Notes: a model not told the origin generated them from the sequence alone. Shown: positions 13,536 to 27,930, counted from the stretch's first letter. The stretch is 64,000 nt of DNA from Chrysomallon squamiferum (GCA_012295275.1 CM022665.1:43586001-43650000), one strand, 5' to 3'. Numbers and translations: made by a program.

Positions 13536-15311
13536 TCTGAATTACAGTTTCAGTGAAGTAATAACTTCTGTTTTCTTTGTTTTAAATTCCACCAGGCTTA
13601 ATGTTAATTACATGCTGTGTCACTTTGAGTTAATGTTTTGAAACGAACACCAAACAATAATTAAATAACGTTTATTAAAATTAAAAAAATGTATTACAGT
13701 GTTGTTGCCAATGTTTGTGTTTTTAAAATGAACAGAAGGCAGTAATTAGTAACTTTTATTAAAATTAAAAAAAAAAAACCCCAAAAATGTTAGTGTCATT
13801 ATACATTTTTTTGTAAAAATTAATAAATAATTTTAATTATTTAAAAAGGTTACAAAAAAAAAAAAAAAAAAAAAAAATAAATAAATGATTTTAAAAATCT
13901 GTTTATATGTAAAAGGTAGTGAATTAATTTCTGATTCTGTTTCCCAAAACCAGACTGGTATATTTTGTGATTTAGTATTTTGTGTATACGAATTGAAATA
14001 ACACATTTTGGCTGATGACATTGTAGACCATAAAACACCTTTACATTTTGAACAATGTGTGTATCAATGATGTGCAAAAACATACTTAATCTATTCTTTA
14101 TTCATTGGCATATCCTTATCTAAATCTTATCAGCGATTAATATTTAATAATTAATTGTAATCAAGAGATAATTATTCAGTGATATTAATTAATCTTATTG
14201 TTTTGAAATCCTTTTCCGTTTTACAAAAATAACAAAATTAAAGATTTTACTTTGAACAGAAGATAGACAATCCAGGATTATTTTCCATGTTGTGTGTTCT
14301 GAGTAAAATATAGCCAGCTACTCCAACTGAAAATATGAAATACTGATTCTGAATATTTATTGCAGTCTTGTAGTATCATTGCATCAGATTTTTGTTGTAT
14401 GTTCAGATTGTTGTGAAAACCTATGTCTTGTTGACCTATTTATATCATGATGTCCCAAAACAGACCTTCCTATGTATGTACATGGACAGAAAAATATAAA
14501 TCTGAGGGCTTACTAATACAAAGACCATCAAAAAATCAATCAATCAATACAAAAGTGAAATAATCCCAATAAAAACATCCATCAAACCTTCTCACCTATC
14601 TGCATATAATAAACGACAGAAATAAAACATTTCCTCTAATGAGTTTTGAACCTGTGGCTTGTAACTTCATTAAGAGCTTTCAAACAAGTCAGTTATTTTC
14701 ACAATTCATTATTTGTTTTAACAGCTTTCTAAAATTTATTTATTTATTTATTTTATTTATGCTTTCATGATTTATTACATATTTATTTTTACACTGTTGA
14801 TTTCATATTTTATACACTTTTGTTACCACACCTCTTGTTTTTGTCACGTAACTTTGTTTACTTAGAGATAAGCTGCTGTGATTTATGGCAAGAACAGAGC
14901 GGACCAATGTCATAAATTATGTCCTCAGTCTATTTGTATACTAATTATCTTACAAGATTACAAACTTACACAATATACATTTTCTGCTGATTTTTAGGGA
15001 ATGTGTTGCAACAATATACAGAATAATTTTTTTGTCTGAATCTTGGTACATTTTGTAAATGTTACATGTGAACAGCAAAACAAGACAAAATAAATTTTCC
15101 TCGAGTAATAAGTATACAGAATGAAACCTCCCTTGAAAACATGTTTAGGTATGGCCCTGAAAATAGGCATGTTCTGTCATTCATTGATGGGCTTAACAAC
15201 ATTGCATATTTATTAAATACCCTGTATTTTAAAAGTACACCTTACTTCTTTTTTCTTTTCTTTTTTGTGACCATTATCTGGGTTTTTGTGAGGACGTGTA
15301 CATTGCTTTTG

Positions 15312-15350
<39 letters not shown>

Positions 15351-15558
15351 CAGTCTTGGTAGGAGTGACAGTATCAGTATTAGTTACAGCAGTAATAGTA
15401 ACAGTAGAAGTAGCAAATGTTGTAGTAGTAACTATAGTGTTAGTGTTAATAGGATTAATACATTTCAGACATTAAAATCTTAAGTTTACTGATGTTTTTA
15501 TCCTGGTAAATTATTATTGTTATTGTTATTATTGTTATTGTTGTTGTTGTTGTTATTG

Positions 15559-15593
<35 letters not shown>

Positions 15594-16159
15594 TTCTAAA
15601 ATTTATTATTTGTTTATTATTATTCGTTAAAGAAAAAGTAAAAAAGCAACACAACAACAACCACCATCCAAAGTAACAAAACAATAAAAAAACAAAAAAC
15701 AAAACAAATTAAATTAAAAAATACAAAAACAGTTTTGTTGCAAACTTGTATTACAAAAACTTCTCTTCAGTTGTCATTTGTTATTTAATTTTTTTTTTTT
15801 TTTTTTTTTTCCCCTTTCTTTCTCTGGAGCAACATTTTCATAAATTATCCAGTGCGTTGGTTTCTTTTTACAACACAAATCTCATTATGTTGATGATACA
15901 TTGTAATCTAAAAATTTCCATCAGATTCCCATAATTTTAGCATGGCTACATCTGGCCATGAAAATTCTCTCCCTTTTCGAAGCTCTTTTCGTGACATTGA
16001 TTTATCCTTGAAGACTTTTTTTCATTATCCCTGTGGGAAATCAAAGCAAATTTCAAGAATATTGTCTGTTTGTTCCACACAAACTTTATGCATATTAAAT
16101 CCTCATTTGAAAGTGAAGTACCCTTTTGAGACTTCAGCTGTGTTGTTTTCTGATGTCAT

Positions 16160-16198
<39 letters not shown>

Positions 16199-19100
16199 TG
16201 TCAGTCTGGCTATTGTAAATGGATTTAGTCATTTTTATTTAAATTGTTGACTCACACTGATGTTTTCATTCAGAAAAGATATGCAAATGTGGGAGGAATA
16301 TTTTTAATATTTTTTAAAAATTTTTTATCATCTTTGATGTTGTTGATCCTGATACTTTGGGGTTTTTCTTGAGAAAAAAGAATAAAAACCTGCCACTTAG
16401 TTGTGTTTGCTTTAGAAATACTGCTGAGAATTGAGGATCAGAACTGGTTGAGATTTTTAAGAGAGGAAACTTAAGGGTCACATGTAATTCAAAGATAAAG
16501 TGATTGACCCTCCATTAATAAAAAAAATAAAAAAAATGATAAGAAATGTTAGTACAAGTGTTCAAATCTGATAGATGACTCTATTTGATATAGTGCAGTC
16601 TTAAATGAGGAGACATTTTAGCATAAAGGAGGGGGTAATGAAATGGGTTGGAATTAATAGTTAAATAACCAAAACAAAATTAAATTAAGAATATAAAAAA
16701 CAAATAAATAATGATAAAAAATGAGTAATGTTAAAAAAAAAAATTAAATAATAAAAAAAAGTAATAAAAAAAAATAAAATGAAGCAAAAAAAAATGTAAT
16801 ATTAGTAATGATAAAAAAAAAAATTATAAATAAAAAAAAAATTTTTTTAAATAAATCTTTAAATAATGATAAAAAATGAGTAAAGATAAAAAAATTAATT
16901 AAATAATTAATGATTCTAATAACAAAAAAAAAAAAAAAAATTATAAATAAATAAATAAATCAAGTGGGAAAGTTTGAATCAAATACAAATCTTGCATTTC
17001 ATTTTGTTTCTAAGACATCAAAAGAAACAAAATGTGAGATGTCTAACAAAAAGGATTGCGAGACGAATAATAAACGAAATGAAAAGTGAGATGCCTAATG
17101 TACTGAACACCACAGAGAAAATAAAATTTGAAATTATATAATGGACAAAATGAAATTTTACGTCTAATAGACCGAATGATATGAAAAAAACAAAACAACT
17201 CATAGCTGCATGGTAAAAAAAAAAAAAAAATCAGCAAAGAATCAATGGACCAACTGTGTTTAACAGAATCGACGGTTTCCAATTCTGGCCTTCGTTTTAT
17301 GATTAGCATCTTCAAAACCCACGTTAACATTTATAATTTAAAAATAACTGGAGATTTGCTGTTAGATATTTATTCATTTGTTTGATGACATGGTTTGTAA
17401 AAAAAAAAAAAAAATAATAATAATAATAATAATGTCTTACATGCATGAGTAATAGAAATTTTTGGTTTGTAATTAGTTTTTTTTTTTTAAAATTGTAATA
17501 TTTCTTCTGGGAGCCATTTTAGATTATTTATTAATGGAGTCTGTTTTGTTACACTTGTGTATCTTTATGATTTCTTTTTTGTTTTTTAAACCTTGAAATA
17601 ATTGTACTTTTTCCACTACTATTACTAGTAATAATAATAACCACAATTTAATGCACTTAAACAACATTTGATCATAAATTGTATTATAGCAAAAACAGTC
17701 AAATATTTTAGGATAGCATTACTCTTTTAATAATATTTTTGAATAAAAACGATTTTTTTTATCCCACCCATTTCTTTTGATATTAAATTTATATGTGGGT
17801 GTTTGAGGACACAGAACCAAAAACTATTATCATAAAACTGAAAAGATTTTGCACAAAGTACCGGATGTAGTTTTCATCAGGTTACCATTGCACTCTTACA
17901 TTTGTCATTTCTCATTCACTAATATATTCATTTTTTTTATCATTTTTTTTTTTTAACCTGTAATATATTCACGTATTTCACCTGATGGTATGCAAAAATA
18001 AATTTATCCCCTTTTCCGCTCTTAACAGCATGGCAATAAAAAAAGGGTCTTTATTTATTTTTTTTATTTTTTTTTTATTTTTATTAAAAAACCTACATAA
18101 TACAGGATGTGGCCCTTAACTAACAAAATTGCGCAGCTTATCTTCACAAATGCAAATGAAAGGGTCATTAAAAAAAAAAAAAAAAAAAAAAAAAAGGTGC
18201 AGAAATCTTGACGTGATTTATTGGATATCTGAACAAACAGAATGAATGAAAATGAAGAACTCTTCTTTTACAACCTGCAGTATGAATCTGAGGGTGATAA
18301 GCGACTTTAATCTCAAGAGGGTGTGTCCATGTCAAATGAGCTTGTCTGTCCCAGTCTGTGCATAATGCGTTAGTGATAGTGTGGTGCATTTCTCAGCAGA
18401 AGTAGTGCAAGTGTCCTCCATTTTTTTTTTTTTTTTTTTTTGTCAGAGCGAGTTCACCAGGGTTCTGATCAGGGAGGAGGAGGTGTCAAGGTCAAGCAGT
18501 TTGTAAAGTAATCCCCTAACAACTGATTCAAACTGTTCTATTTAAAAAAATAATAACAACACATTTTTTTTTTTTAAATTAAGTTTAAAAACAAATATTT
18601 ATGAAACAAAAACAAATAAAAAAGTAAAATAAATAAATTGAATGAATGAATCAATGAAGAAGTAAGGTAAAGTATGAATAAAGAAATCTCACAAGGAAGA
18701 CTGAGAAAAAGAAAGATCGAGAAAGAGATAGAGTTTAGAAACAAAAATTAAAGAAAAAAATGATGAGAAAATTCAGACAGAGAAAGCTCAAACATGAGAC
18801 AGAAGAAGAGTAAAGGCAAAAAATAAAATAAATGTCTAACATACAGAAGAGAGAAGAGCTACAAAAAATAACAGAGATCTCATCATTATTTTCTTTCCGA
18901 TATTAACAATGATGTGTTACTTTTAACATCATCTTTAGCTTCAAACATAAAGGACATTTTGCATACGAGATACAGTCAGCATTGTGAGCTTTTTCTAAAT
19001 ACATTTTTTTCCCCATTTTACAATAGAAGACACACTGGTGATCAGTTCTGGCATATACTCCATTAGACAGGAAAATGACATCTTTTTCTTTATCTATTCC

Positions 19101-19789
19101 ACTGCAGTGTTCTCATGCGAACATGTTCAGATACAAGGCTATTGTAAGACAGATTGTAAAGCCTGATAACTAAATTTTTCTCTCTCATAAAGGATGATCA
19201 CCATTATCACGTGTATGTCATGTTTTTCAAAACATTTCTTCCACCATATCTCGAGGATTGAATAAGATGTTGATACTTGGCTGCCCATACAATTACAGTG
19301 ATGGAAAACATGTTATTGGCAAGCCCATCATTTTGAAGGTCGAAATCCTTGAGGGACGGACTGTGATGTGTAAACACAGAATAATCAGTCCTGTTGATTT
19401 TCCAGTCCAGTGTGTGGACAAAAAACAATCACTGACCAAAAACAAATTTAAAAATAAAAATCGTTACCATGAGAACAGTTTAAAAAAAAAAAAAAAAAAA
19501 GGTGTATTTAAGATCCCCAAACTGTTATATACAGACAATACTGACAAACAGCATTTAGGAAAATCATACTAAGTTTATTAATGGTTTAAAAAGTTTTTTT
19601 ATAATTTATTTGGAAGGCAGGACCATACAACAGGACTGTATGATTTTATGAATAATACTAATGACAATAAAATAATAATAATAAAAAAAAATAATTCTTA
19701 GATTATTTATTTGGTTTCACAAAGATTTTACAGACTGACAATTAATACTTCTGGAAAAATCCATCAACAAAATATTTACAATGATAAGG

Positions 19790-20290
19790 TCCGTTCAAAA
19801 TGATAGATGTTTCAAAGACGATCAAGACCACTCGACTCAGATTATTATTAGCAAAACCTTTAATCACTAAGATTATCCGTTTAGAATTACTGAAGTAACT
19901 CATTGTGTTTCTGCTCATGTTCCAGGTAGGGCAATCATGAAAGTTTTGTACTTTTCACAGATGCAGTGAAGCAATCAATAGGTGACACACACAACTGCAT
20001 TGTCAAACTCTTCCAGTCTTTTGTACCACTGTATTACTATTGGTTTCTGAAATGCTCGTTGTGTCAACAAACGTCCAGCAGACTGCGTCTGATAATGGAC
20101 AGACATATTTTTAAAGATTTTTACATGTACAAATACGCTTATCGGCAGGTTTGTGATCGTGTTCGTGTGGGTCATTGTCCTGGCTGGACTCCTACTACTG
20201 GATCAATTAAACTGACCTCTCGTTTTCTACTGCGTATCAGATACACTTTTTTTTTTCTTCATATAATCATTTCATCCTGTCGAATCACAT
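19790..20290. promoter_or_regulatory. CpG-retaining island, putative regulatory element
   Basis: Elevated CpG in unique sequence, with no ATG-initiated credible ORF. Confidence 0.3.
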
Positions 20291-20999
20291 GAACAAACAC
20301 CATTATGGTGCTTTAATAAACTCTGCTGCTGAGTAATATTTTAAAATGGAAAAGCATGGAAATAAAACAGTATTTAGGAAATTAACATGTTTAACTCAAT
20401 TCTAAATTCATTGTTTTTCTCTTTTCATTTGCTGCCACACTAACACATTAGGGCCAATCATGGCAATAAAGGATGTCAACCTCTGCTGCTCATTTTCTCA
20501 AATCTTTGCATCCAAACTTTTCTAGTGTTGTTTTCACTGTCCAGAAGTTTCAAAGATATATGCATTTCTGCAGTGTTGACACAAGTTATTTAATAAATGA
20601 ATACAATGAGAAAAAAGGAAAAAAACCTATAGAATTTATTAATGTTGTAACTCAATCAGCATTTGTCTATTTCATTTGATTGTTCCACATTTCAAGAAGT
20701 GGGCACAAAAGTAAATGGTGCCAACCAGCTAAAATCTTTTGTGCTAATATATCTGTGTCCTTTCTTATCATTCTTTATGGACACAAATGCAAAGCATCAA
20801 CATCAGTGTTTTTACAAATAGTCTTAAAAATGTCTTCACAATAAACAGAAACCATAGTAAAATGAATATAAATGGAACCAAATGCTTAATTTCATAGAAA
20901 AAAGGATATACACTAAATTTTGCAACAATTTAATATTGAAAAAAATACTGATACATCCATCTTGTTATTAAAAAATTATTTATCTATGGTTGTTATTCA

Positions 21000-21045
<46 letters not shown>

Positions 21046-21217
21046 CAGGATGACAGTAACAGGTGCTCCACAGTCTACTGTTTACTTATTCCACCTGATT
21101 ACATCCAGTGTCCACACTTCAACTCTGGCTGTTCCCAAATATTGTGTTCACTTTATCACCGATCTGACAACAGCATCCACTGAACTTCATGCTACTCTGT
21201 GGCAGCCTTTGTGATGA

Positions 21218-21360
21218 GATCGCAACATAACAACTAGTGATTCTGAGCTAATACTCCAACATGGCAGCCATAGTGATCAGATCATGATTGCAACATAATC
21301 ACTAGTCTCGCCGATTCTGAGCTAATATGGCATCCATAGTGATCAGATCATGATTATAAC
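21218..21360. repeat. Two-copy tandem duplication (~68 bp) carrying a YY1-like motif
   Basis: gcaacataa..actagt..gattctgagctaata..atggca(g/t)ccatagtgatcagatcatgatt occurs twice. Confidence 0.85.
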
Positions 21361-21494
21361 AATTGGTCTTATTTTAGATAAAGTCCTAAGAGTAAATGAA
21401 GCTTGTTAGGAATATACCAGAATACATTAACAGAAAGAATAAATAAATTTTTGTGTGTGTGTGTGTGTGTTTGTGTGTCTTATGATAGTTGAAA

Positions 21495-21727
21495 AGAAAG
21501 AAACTACTATGATTTGCAAAGATCCTCTTATTGAAGGATTAATAAGAGATATTTTATTTTACAGTTTCCCATAGCAGGAAAGTGTATACTACAATACTGG
21601 ATAAACCTTATTATGGATCTTATGGTGGAATTATGATCTTGGACTCACAGGTGTACTACAGAGGATTGACCTTGTGGCCTACCATCCCTCAATCTTGCAT
21701 TTTAACCACTGATTTAGACTCTTCCTG
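21495..21727 (-). mobile_element. Decayed SINE (core plus head)
   Basis: ttccccatagcaggaaagtgtatactac...gaggattgaccttg...ttaaccactga matches the copies at 2145 and 2730. Confidence 0.55.
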
Positions 21728-22315
21728 CATTGAAAGCCACTGAACTGAACTTGATGTATAAGAAAAAGATCAAAAAGTACTGCAATGTGTGCATGAATAC
21801 AGCAGTTAAATTAGATTTTTATTTCAGACTTCAGTAAATATAGCATTAAGTTAAGTGAAGTGCTCCAAAAGCCTTTCATATCAAATACACATCCTTCAAA
21901 GGTACAGGGCTTAATACCATCCATTTCACTTGTGGAAATTTAAAATTATTAGCCGACTAAAACTATTATCCCTTTTTCAAAAAAAAAAAAAAAGGGGAGG
22001 GATATAAAAAAAAGAAGAAAAAAAGTTAATGACAATGTATACATCTTAAATTGTCAGAAGTAAATATAGTCCTTTGATATTTGAAATTCTATTACACTTA
22101 AAAGGCAACCATCATTTTTCTCCTTTATCCTAGTTTGAATTTCAAACACTACAAAAGGTGTCCCTTAATTATTACTCTCAGTATACTTTTCTTCATTATC
22201 ACAGAAATGCAGATATACTTACTGCATTGTAATAAATTTAGCATTATGTTCTTTTTATAGGCTGTTTTGTGTGACCAGAATATGCCAATTCAAATATGGA
22301 ACAATATGGCATGAT

Positions 22316-22458
22316 CAGGTGTGTTGAGTATTAATTAAGGCTACAGGTATGTCAATGCATATGATAACCTTTCATAACAGCAACGAAGTGCCAGAGACAG
22401 GTAACACACAGGTAGTTTTTTTTTTTTTTCTACCTGTATAAATAGAAGAGAACAGGTA
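22316..22458. promoter_or_regulatory. Homotypic CAGGTR cluster (ZEB/Zfh1- or Snail-type sites)
   Basis: Six sites in 143 bp: 22316, 22344, 22398, 22409, 22431 (reverse) and 22453. Confidence 0.5.
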
Positions 22459-22906
22459 TGTCACAGCATATTTTAACATTCCTTTCTAGGGTTACGGTTT
22501 GTGTTTGTTGTTGTTTTCAATATGTTTGTGTGTCTGTGTGTGTGCTAAAACCACTGGTTTCACTGAGTTTAACACAACTCACGCAGTACTTTGAATGAGA
22601 GAGTAAAAATAATTATTATTATTTATACCTTTTTGCATTCATGGGCGTTTTGATTTTTAGTTTTATTAGTCAACAGAAATATATTATTTAAAGCCACTTC
22701 TGCACCTGTTTTATCTTAATACTTACAATTATGCTTATCACTAAACAATAACTGAGTTTTTATATATATTTTCTTGCAGAGGAGAAATAACTTACCAGTC
22801 TTAGATAAATCTACATTATTATAATGTATTATAAAACAAGCTTGGAATGGGAAAGTCTGGAAGGGGAATCGTAAAGCTACCTCAATTTACTAAAAAATAA
22901 TAATAA

Positions 22907-22942
<36 letters not shown>

Positions 22943-23439
22943 TAATAATAAAATAATAAATAAATAAATAAATAAACTCTCAAATTTACAATACCGTTAC
23001 CTTATCATCTGTTGTGAATTTACATAAAAATTAAACCAATTAGCGTCACTTTCACTTAATCAAGTTAATGTTAATCATTTTATTTAGTTATAAAAACTAT
23101 TGACTTTTCTTATCAATTCGTCCTGTTAAAATTGTTTTTCCTTAAAATACTCAGACACACCATCTGTCACATAATTGTCTAAGTGTCATTTTCAAGATCA
23201 AATATTAGACATTATTTGTATCTCATTACAAAATTTAGGTTCTCCATAAAATCACAATTTTCTATTCTTTACCATCAGAAAATTTCATTCAGCTTAATAT
23301 TAAACTTTACTTTTTCTAATCTATGGCACTCTGTTCTTCAGAAATTTTGATATGACAGTACGGATGTAAAAAAAAAAAAAAAAAAATAAAATAAAAAAGA
23401 ATAAAAATAAACTCTGATATTGACACATTGTTTAGAAAC

Positions 23440-23945
23440 AACTATAATGACAGCAAGTTTGACAATACTGCCCCCACCGAACTCGTACTGCCATTGAAAA
23501 CGAAAAGTAGTCCTACAAACAAGTAATTGCCGTAAAGTTGCCACTTATCATATCTCCATATTTATACCGGCCTCTCCATTTTTGGCTTTCCTTTTAGCCT
23601 GTTTAATGATTTACCCAACTGGAGTACTAAATAAAGAAGATAAATAGTGTCCTTTCAAAGACCGTCAATGCGGATGTAAATCGGTGTGTGGCGTGTCCAA
23701 AAGTCGCGGGTCCTTCAGCCGACCAACTTCCTGTTTGTCATTATGCGAACTTTTCGTTCCTGTTATTCATAGTGATGTGAAAGTATGAACAGGACGACCC
23801 ATTAGAAATGTAATTTCCCTTATCAGTAAGTTTCCTATTCATCATAGCATGGCTGGTACACTTAACTTAATGACCCTTTTCTTGTGAGAAGCCTGCTTAT
23901 AAAATAGAATCGCGCAGAAACAATTTCGTATCGCATTTTTAACGA
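23440..23945. promoter_or_regulatory. CpG-retaining island, putative promoter/enhancer
   Basis: Many CpGs, an ETS-like acttcctgt at ~23726, and a plus-strand donor-like tca|gtaagt at ~23826. Confidence 0.45.
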
Positions 23946-24234
23946 TTTCAGATTTATTTGTTTATTTATTTATTTACTTTTTTATTTAAACATCTTATTT
24001 GAAATATTAATATTTATTATTATTATTATTATTCAATTTTAGGTATTAATTTTTTATTATTATTATTATTTTTTTTTTTTAAAGAAATTTATAAAGTACA
24101 ATACATGTTAATAAATGCCGCTGATGCACTCATAACACGAGTAAGTTAACATTAAATTTAACGCTTAGAAATTTAATCCAATTTTGTTTGTCTCTTTTTT
24201 TTCACTTTTAAAACATCAAGTTTTAGGCTTTTGT

Positions 24235-24271
<37 letters not shown>

Positions 24272-25892
24272 ACTACTACTACTACTACTACTACTACATA
24301 TCTTTCATTATTACTATTTGTAAATATTTTTTCAATTAATTTATTTTTATTTTCTCATGAACACTTAGTCATAACTAATTTAATAAATATGATTATATCC
24401 ATTGTTTGATAATATATTATGAGTTGTACCACTATCATCAAGATTTAACACTATACCGAACAAAAATAATTAAGGATCAAGAAATTACAAAGGATATAAA
24501 TTTATAACACAGAAAAACATAATTATTTGTTGACAAACTTCATACTCTGGCATGAATTTTATGTTTTTATTATGACAGATATTAACTACAAAGAATACAA
24601 ACTCACCAAAATAATTGAAGAGATTATTCCGTGATCCACAATTTTTTTATTTTGGTATACTTACTGGCAATAGTTCAGTGGATGATTCAGTGTGTGCCAC
24701 TTGAAAATTATGAATCAGTCTGAAGTCATAAACTTAATCTCCTTGAGATGACCTCTTTTGTTTTCCCTTTTCCAAGTATTTCAAGTGAAGAATTGTTTTT
24801 ATGTGTGTACATAGGTAGGTAGATGTTCATATGTGTGTATGTGTGTATATATTTCTGCAGGTGTAAATATATTTGTCTGACTATATATGTACACACATAG
24901 AAATTACAAATTTAATGAACATCCTTTACTCAACATTTTATGGTATTACATTGATACATTTTTTATCATCACTACATTAACAATTTAAAAAATACACAGG
25001 TATGTATATATATATCTGTTTTATTATCTGAAGAGTCTTGTTCAGTGCTCTCCCTTATTCAGAGCTCTTTAGTTTGTTGAGGTAGAATTGGAACTGAGAG
25101 CACTGTGTGTAATAATCCCAGCTTCATGACAAACTCAGCCCAACTTATCCTTACCAGAGATTAAATCGGATAATAATTTTCCCCCTCGTTTTCTGTTTTT
25201 TTGAAATAGTGGGTTATTATTTACAACTGACCATAGCAAAATGTTTTGCATAATCTTTACTCCATGTTGCAGGTAATCTTGTAATCTGTTTGTGGCAGGT
25301 ATTAGAAATAATTACCTCATTTAATCTTATTAATGTACTTTGCACCCACTTCTGATGGGTACCTCTCCCTCCTCAAGTGTTTGCAGTTAGATTATGGTGT
25401 TCATATTACACTATATTGTAAGATTATTTTCTTACTATATTTTTTTTTTATAAAAAGAAAAAATGATAAAGAAAATACATTGTAAACAACAACAGTTGTT
25501 TTCCAGTAATATAGCAGCATGTGAGAAAATAAATATTCTGTAGTAAATAAAGTTAATGTGTATATAATAAAAATGAGAATACCAGAGTTTTAAAGGGCTT
25601 GAAAGATTTTCAAAAATGAAAATTTTGATTTTCCTGTTTATATGCATCTGTTTAATTGTAATTTCTGTCCATCTTTCTATCGGTCTGTTTCTCTCTAAGT
25701 TTCTCAGTGTACATACAGGTAAGTGTTTGGTAAACAAGTTGACATACTACGAGTATTGTAGTTTGCTGTTTAATCACGTATCTTCAGATTAATACAGATA
25801 GTTTATCTTTGTGAATGTCTGCCAACTATCAGTGTGTCATCTTATATCTTTATTCTTTTTCTGTAATTGCTTTCTTGTCTGTCTGTCAGACC

Positions 25893-25957
<65 letters not shown>

Positions 25958-26554
25958 CCATTTAATCTCTCTGTAGGTAAATATGTATTTTGTTAATGGT
26001 GTGTAACTATGAAATTATATCCGTCTGCTTAATTTTTTTTCATCAATCGTGACTCTCTGTACATTGCTTTAAAACAGGTGTGCCTGTAATTCAGACTGTA
26101 TATATATTTCAGGGTTTACTTTTACACACTGTCCCACATATTCAGTTTCACACACTCGCACACACACACACACTCACACACCGATATTTTAAGGTAGGTG
26201 TTTTATTTCTTCTAAAAGGTTATACTAAGAATATTTGGTTTTTTACTAAGACATTCACAGAAGTAATGCATGGCGACATCAGCTGATATCATGTTAAAAC
26301 TAAAACGTGATTGATTCCCACAGATTTGTGTGTACAGCACTCCAAGTGCTGAAGAGTATTCTGCCACATGGACTGACACAGATTAGGTGGGGGGGAGGTG
26401 TTTTTCGCTTTTTCCCTCCCCCCTCCATGGAGGTGACTGACCTGCCTCTCTTACTGTGGCTGTTTGTTGTCCAGTAGTGTGATGTGGTTGTTGAATACAG
26501 CCAGTTTTCATTATCACATTCACCCCGTTTTTTTTTTTCACTTGTTCAGTTCCA

Positions 26555-27068
26555 GCGATTTCTTTACCTCCCACGTTTGAAGATCTTGATTACCCCCGAG
26601 TTCCTTTACAAATGTATAAACAGTGTTAAACATTATCTGTTTTTACATTCTTCCATCTTCCTCGAGTTTTCTTCGCCTCTTGTGTTTGAAGATCCGACTG
26701 TAAACGATGTGCTCAATAACTGATTTCTTTATCTCCTTTCTGAAGACCTGCGTTACCCAATATTCCATACAATTACCCAAAGTCCTTATCTGTTTTTAAA
26801 TTCCTCCTTTTTTTCTTTTGTTATGGTCACCAAGTCCTTTATGCTCCTGCTTCGAGGATCTGTATTACCCAATATTCCAGTACAATTACAAAATGGTCCT
26901 TTTGTGCGTCATGGACAGAGACTTCTTTATCTTCTGTTTTTGAAGATCCATATTACCCAACAGTCCTATTCCACTGCAGACGATCCTTTTCTCCCACCTC
27001 TGTTGTAAAAAATGCACTAATTTCTTTACCTCACTGGCTGAAGATTCGGATTATCCAATGTTGCAGTA
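26555..27068. repeat. Ancient degenerate tandem array (~54-bp base unit, six well-conserved cores)
   Basis: Core ttctttaYctc-N5-7-tgaagat-N4-attacccaa, with TGAAGAY-like anchors at 26578, 26687, 26741, 26853, 26941 and 27039. Confidence 0.8.
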
Positions 27069-27886
27069 TACTGTGCTGTTCAAGCCTTTACCCATAAATC
27101 CTGTCAGTTCTTGACCAGGGATCAGTGGATGAGATCAGTGTGTGTAACCCGGGTGTAACAGTCCGGGTATTATCCCTGCCCCGCATGCTGAGATGGGTGT
27201 GTCCTTGGGTAATGGTGGGACCTCCTGGTGTGATTGTTTTCTACTGCTTACATCACTGCTTACGTGGAGCACTTGTAGAGCAAAGTAATTCCTGCTAATC
27301 TGTCATTGTTAACTTTCCATCTTTGGTGATTCGTGGGTGGGTCAACAAATTCATTGTATTACGTCATTACATTTGAAGAGAAATATTCATTTTAAGAAAA
27401 ATTCAAAAAAAAAAAAAAAATAAAAAAAAGGAATATTTGCTATTAAATTGTTTCCATGATGTTTAAAATACAAGACAACTGTAAAAATTGCATTGACATT
27501 AAAATCTCACCTTCAGTCCTCTCTGATACCTTATTCATATATATATATATATTTTTAATTCTTTTGTAAAGGAGTTTGTGTAATATGTTTGGTTAATGAA
27601 ACAAAAGTAAAAAGAAAGAAAGAGAATGGAAGAAGACAGGAAGGATCTTCTTTTGGCTCTTTCCTGTTCAGTCATTGTTTCTGTGTAGGTCAATGGTTGT
27701 TGTATATGGTGTCATAACTATAGAAAAACACATTTAATAGCACCTTTGTTGTTAATAGAGTTGTAGTAGCCGATGCTTCTTGAAAACCCTGCTGGGCAGC
27801 AAATAACTACTGTTACCTAAAATTAATGTTAAAAAATATATATATTGTGGGTTTTATGTTATTTAACTAGTTTGTAGTTCATTTGG

Positions 27887-27930
<44 letters not shown>

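Noticed and set aside
6508-15145. pogo/Tigger-like TIR starts at ~6508 and ~15115
   Set aside because: No matching opposite TIR or TA duplication could be identified.
20096-20215. Transmembrane-like frame FVIVFVWVIVLAGLLLL
   Set aside because: It is bounded by stops, has no ATG, and has no convincing splice acceptor.
22796-22856. 61-nt minus-strand exon candidate with a GTAAGT donor
   Set aside because: It is AT-rich, hits a stop in the frame compatible with the 59667 exon, and has no other support.
25044-25105. Inverted repeat cagtgctctc/gagagcactg enclosing tgaggtag (let-7 seed)
   Set aside because: Only the outer 10 bp pair well. The seed lies on the 3' arm, and the remaining sequence does not match let-7.
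26555-27068. CRISPR-like repeat-spacer reading of the array
   Set aside because: The context is eukaryotic, the repeats are degenerate, the spacers are homologous to each other and to the cores, spacing is irregular, and there are no cas genes.
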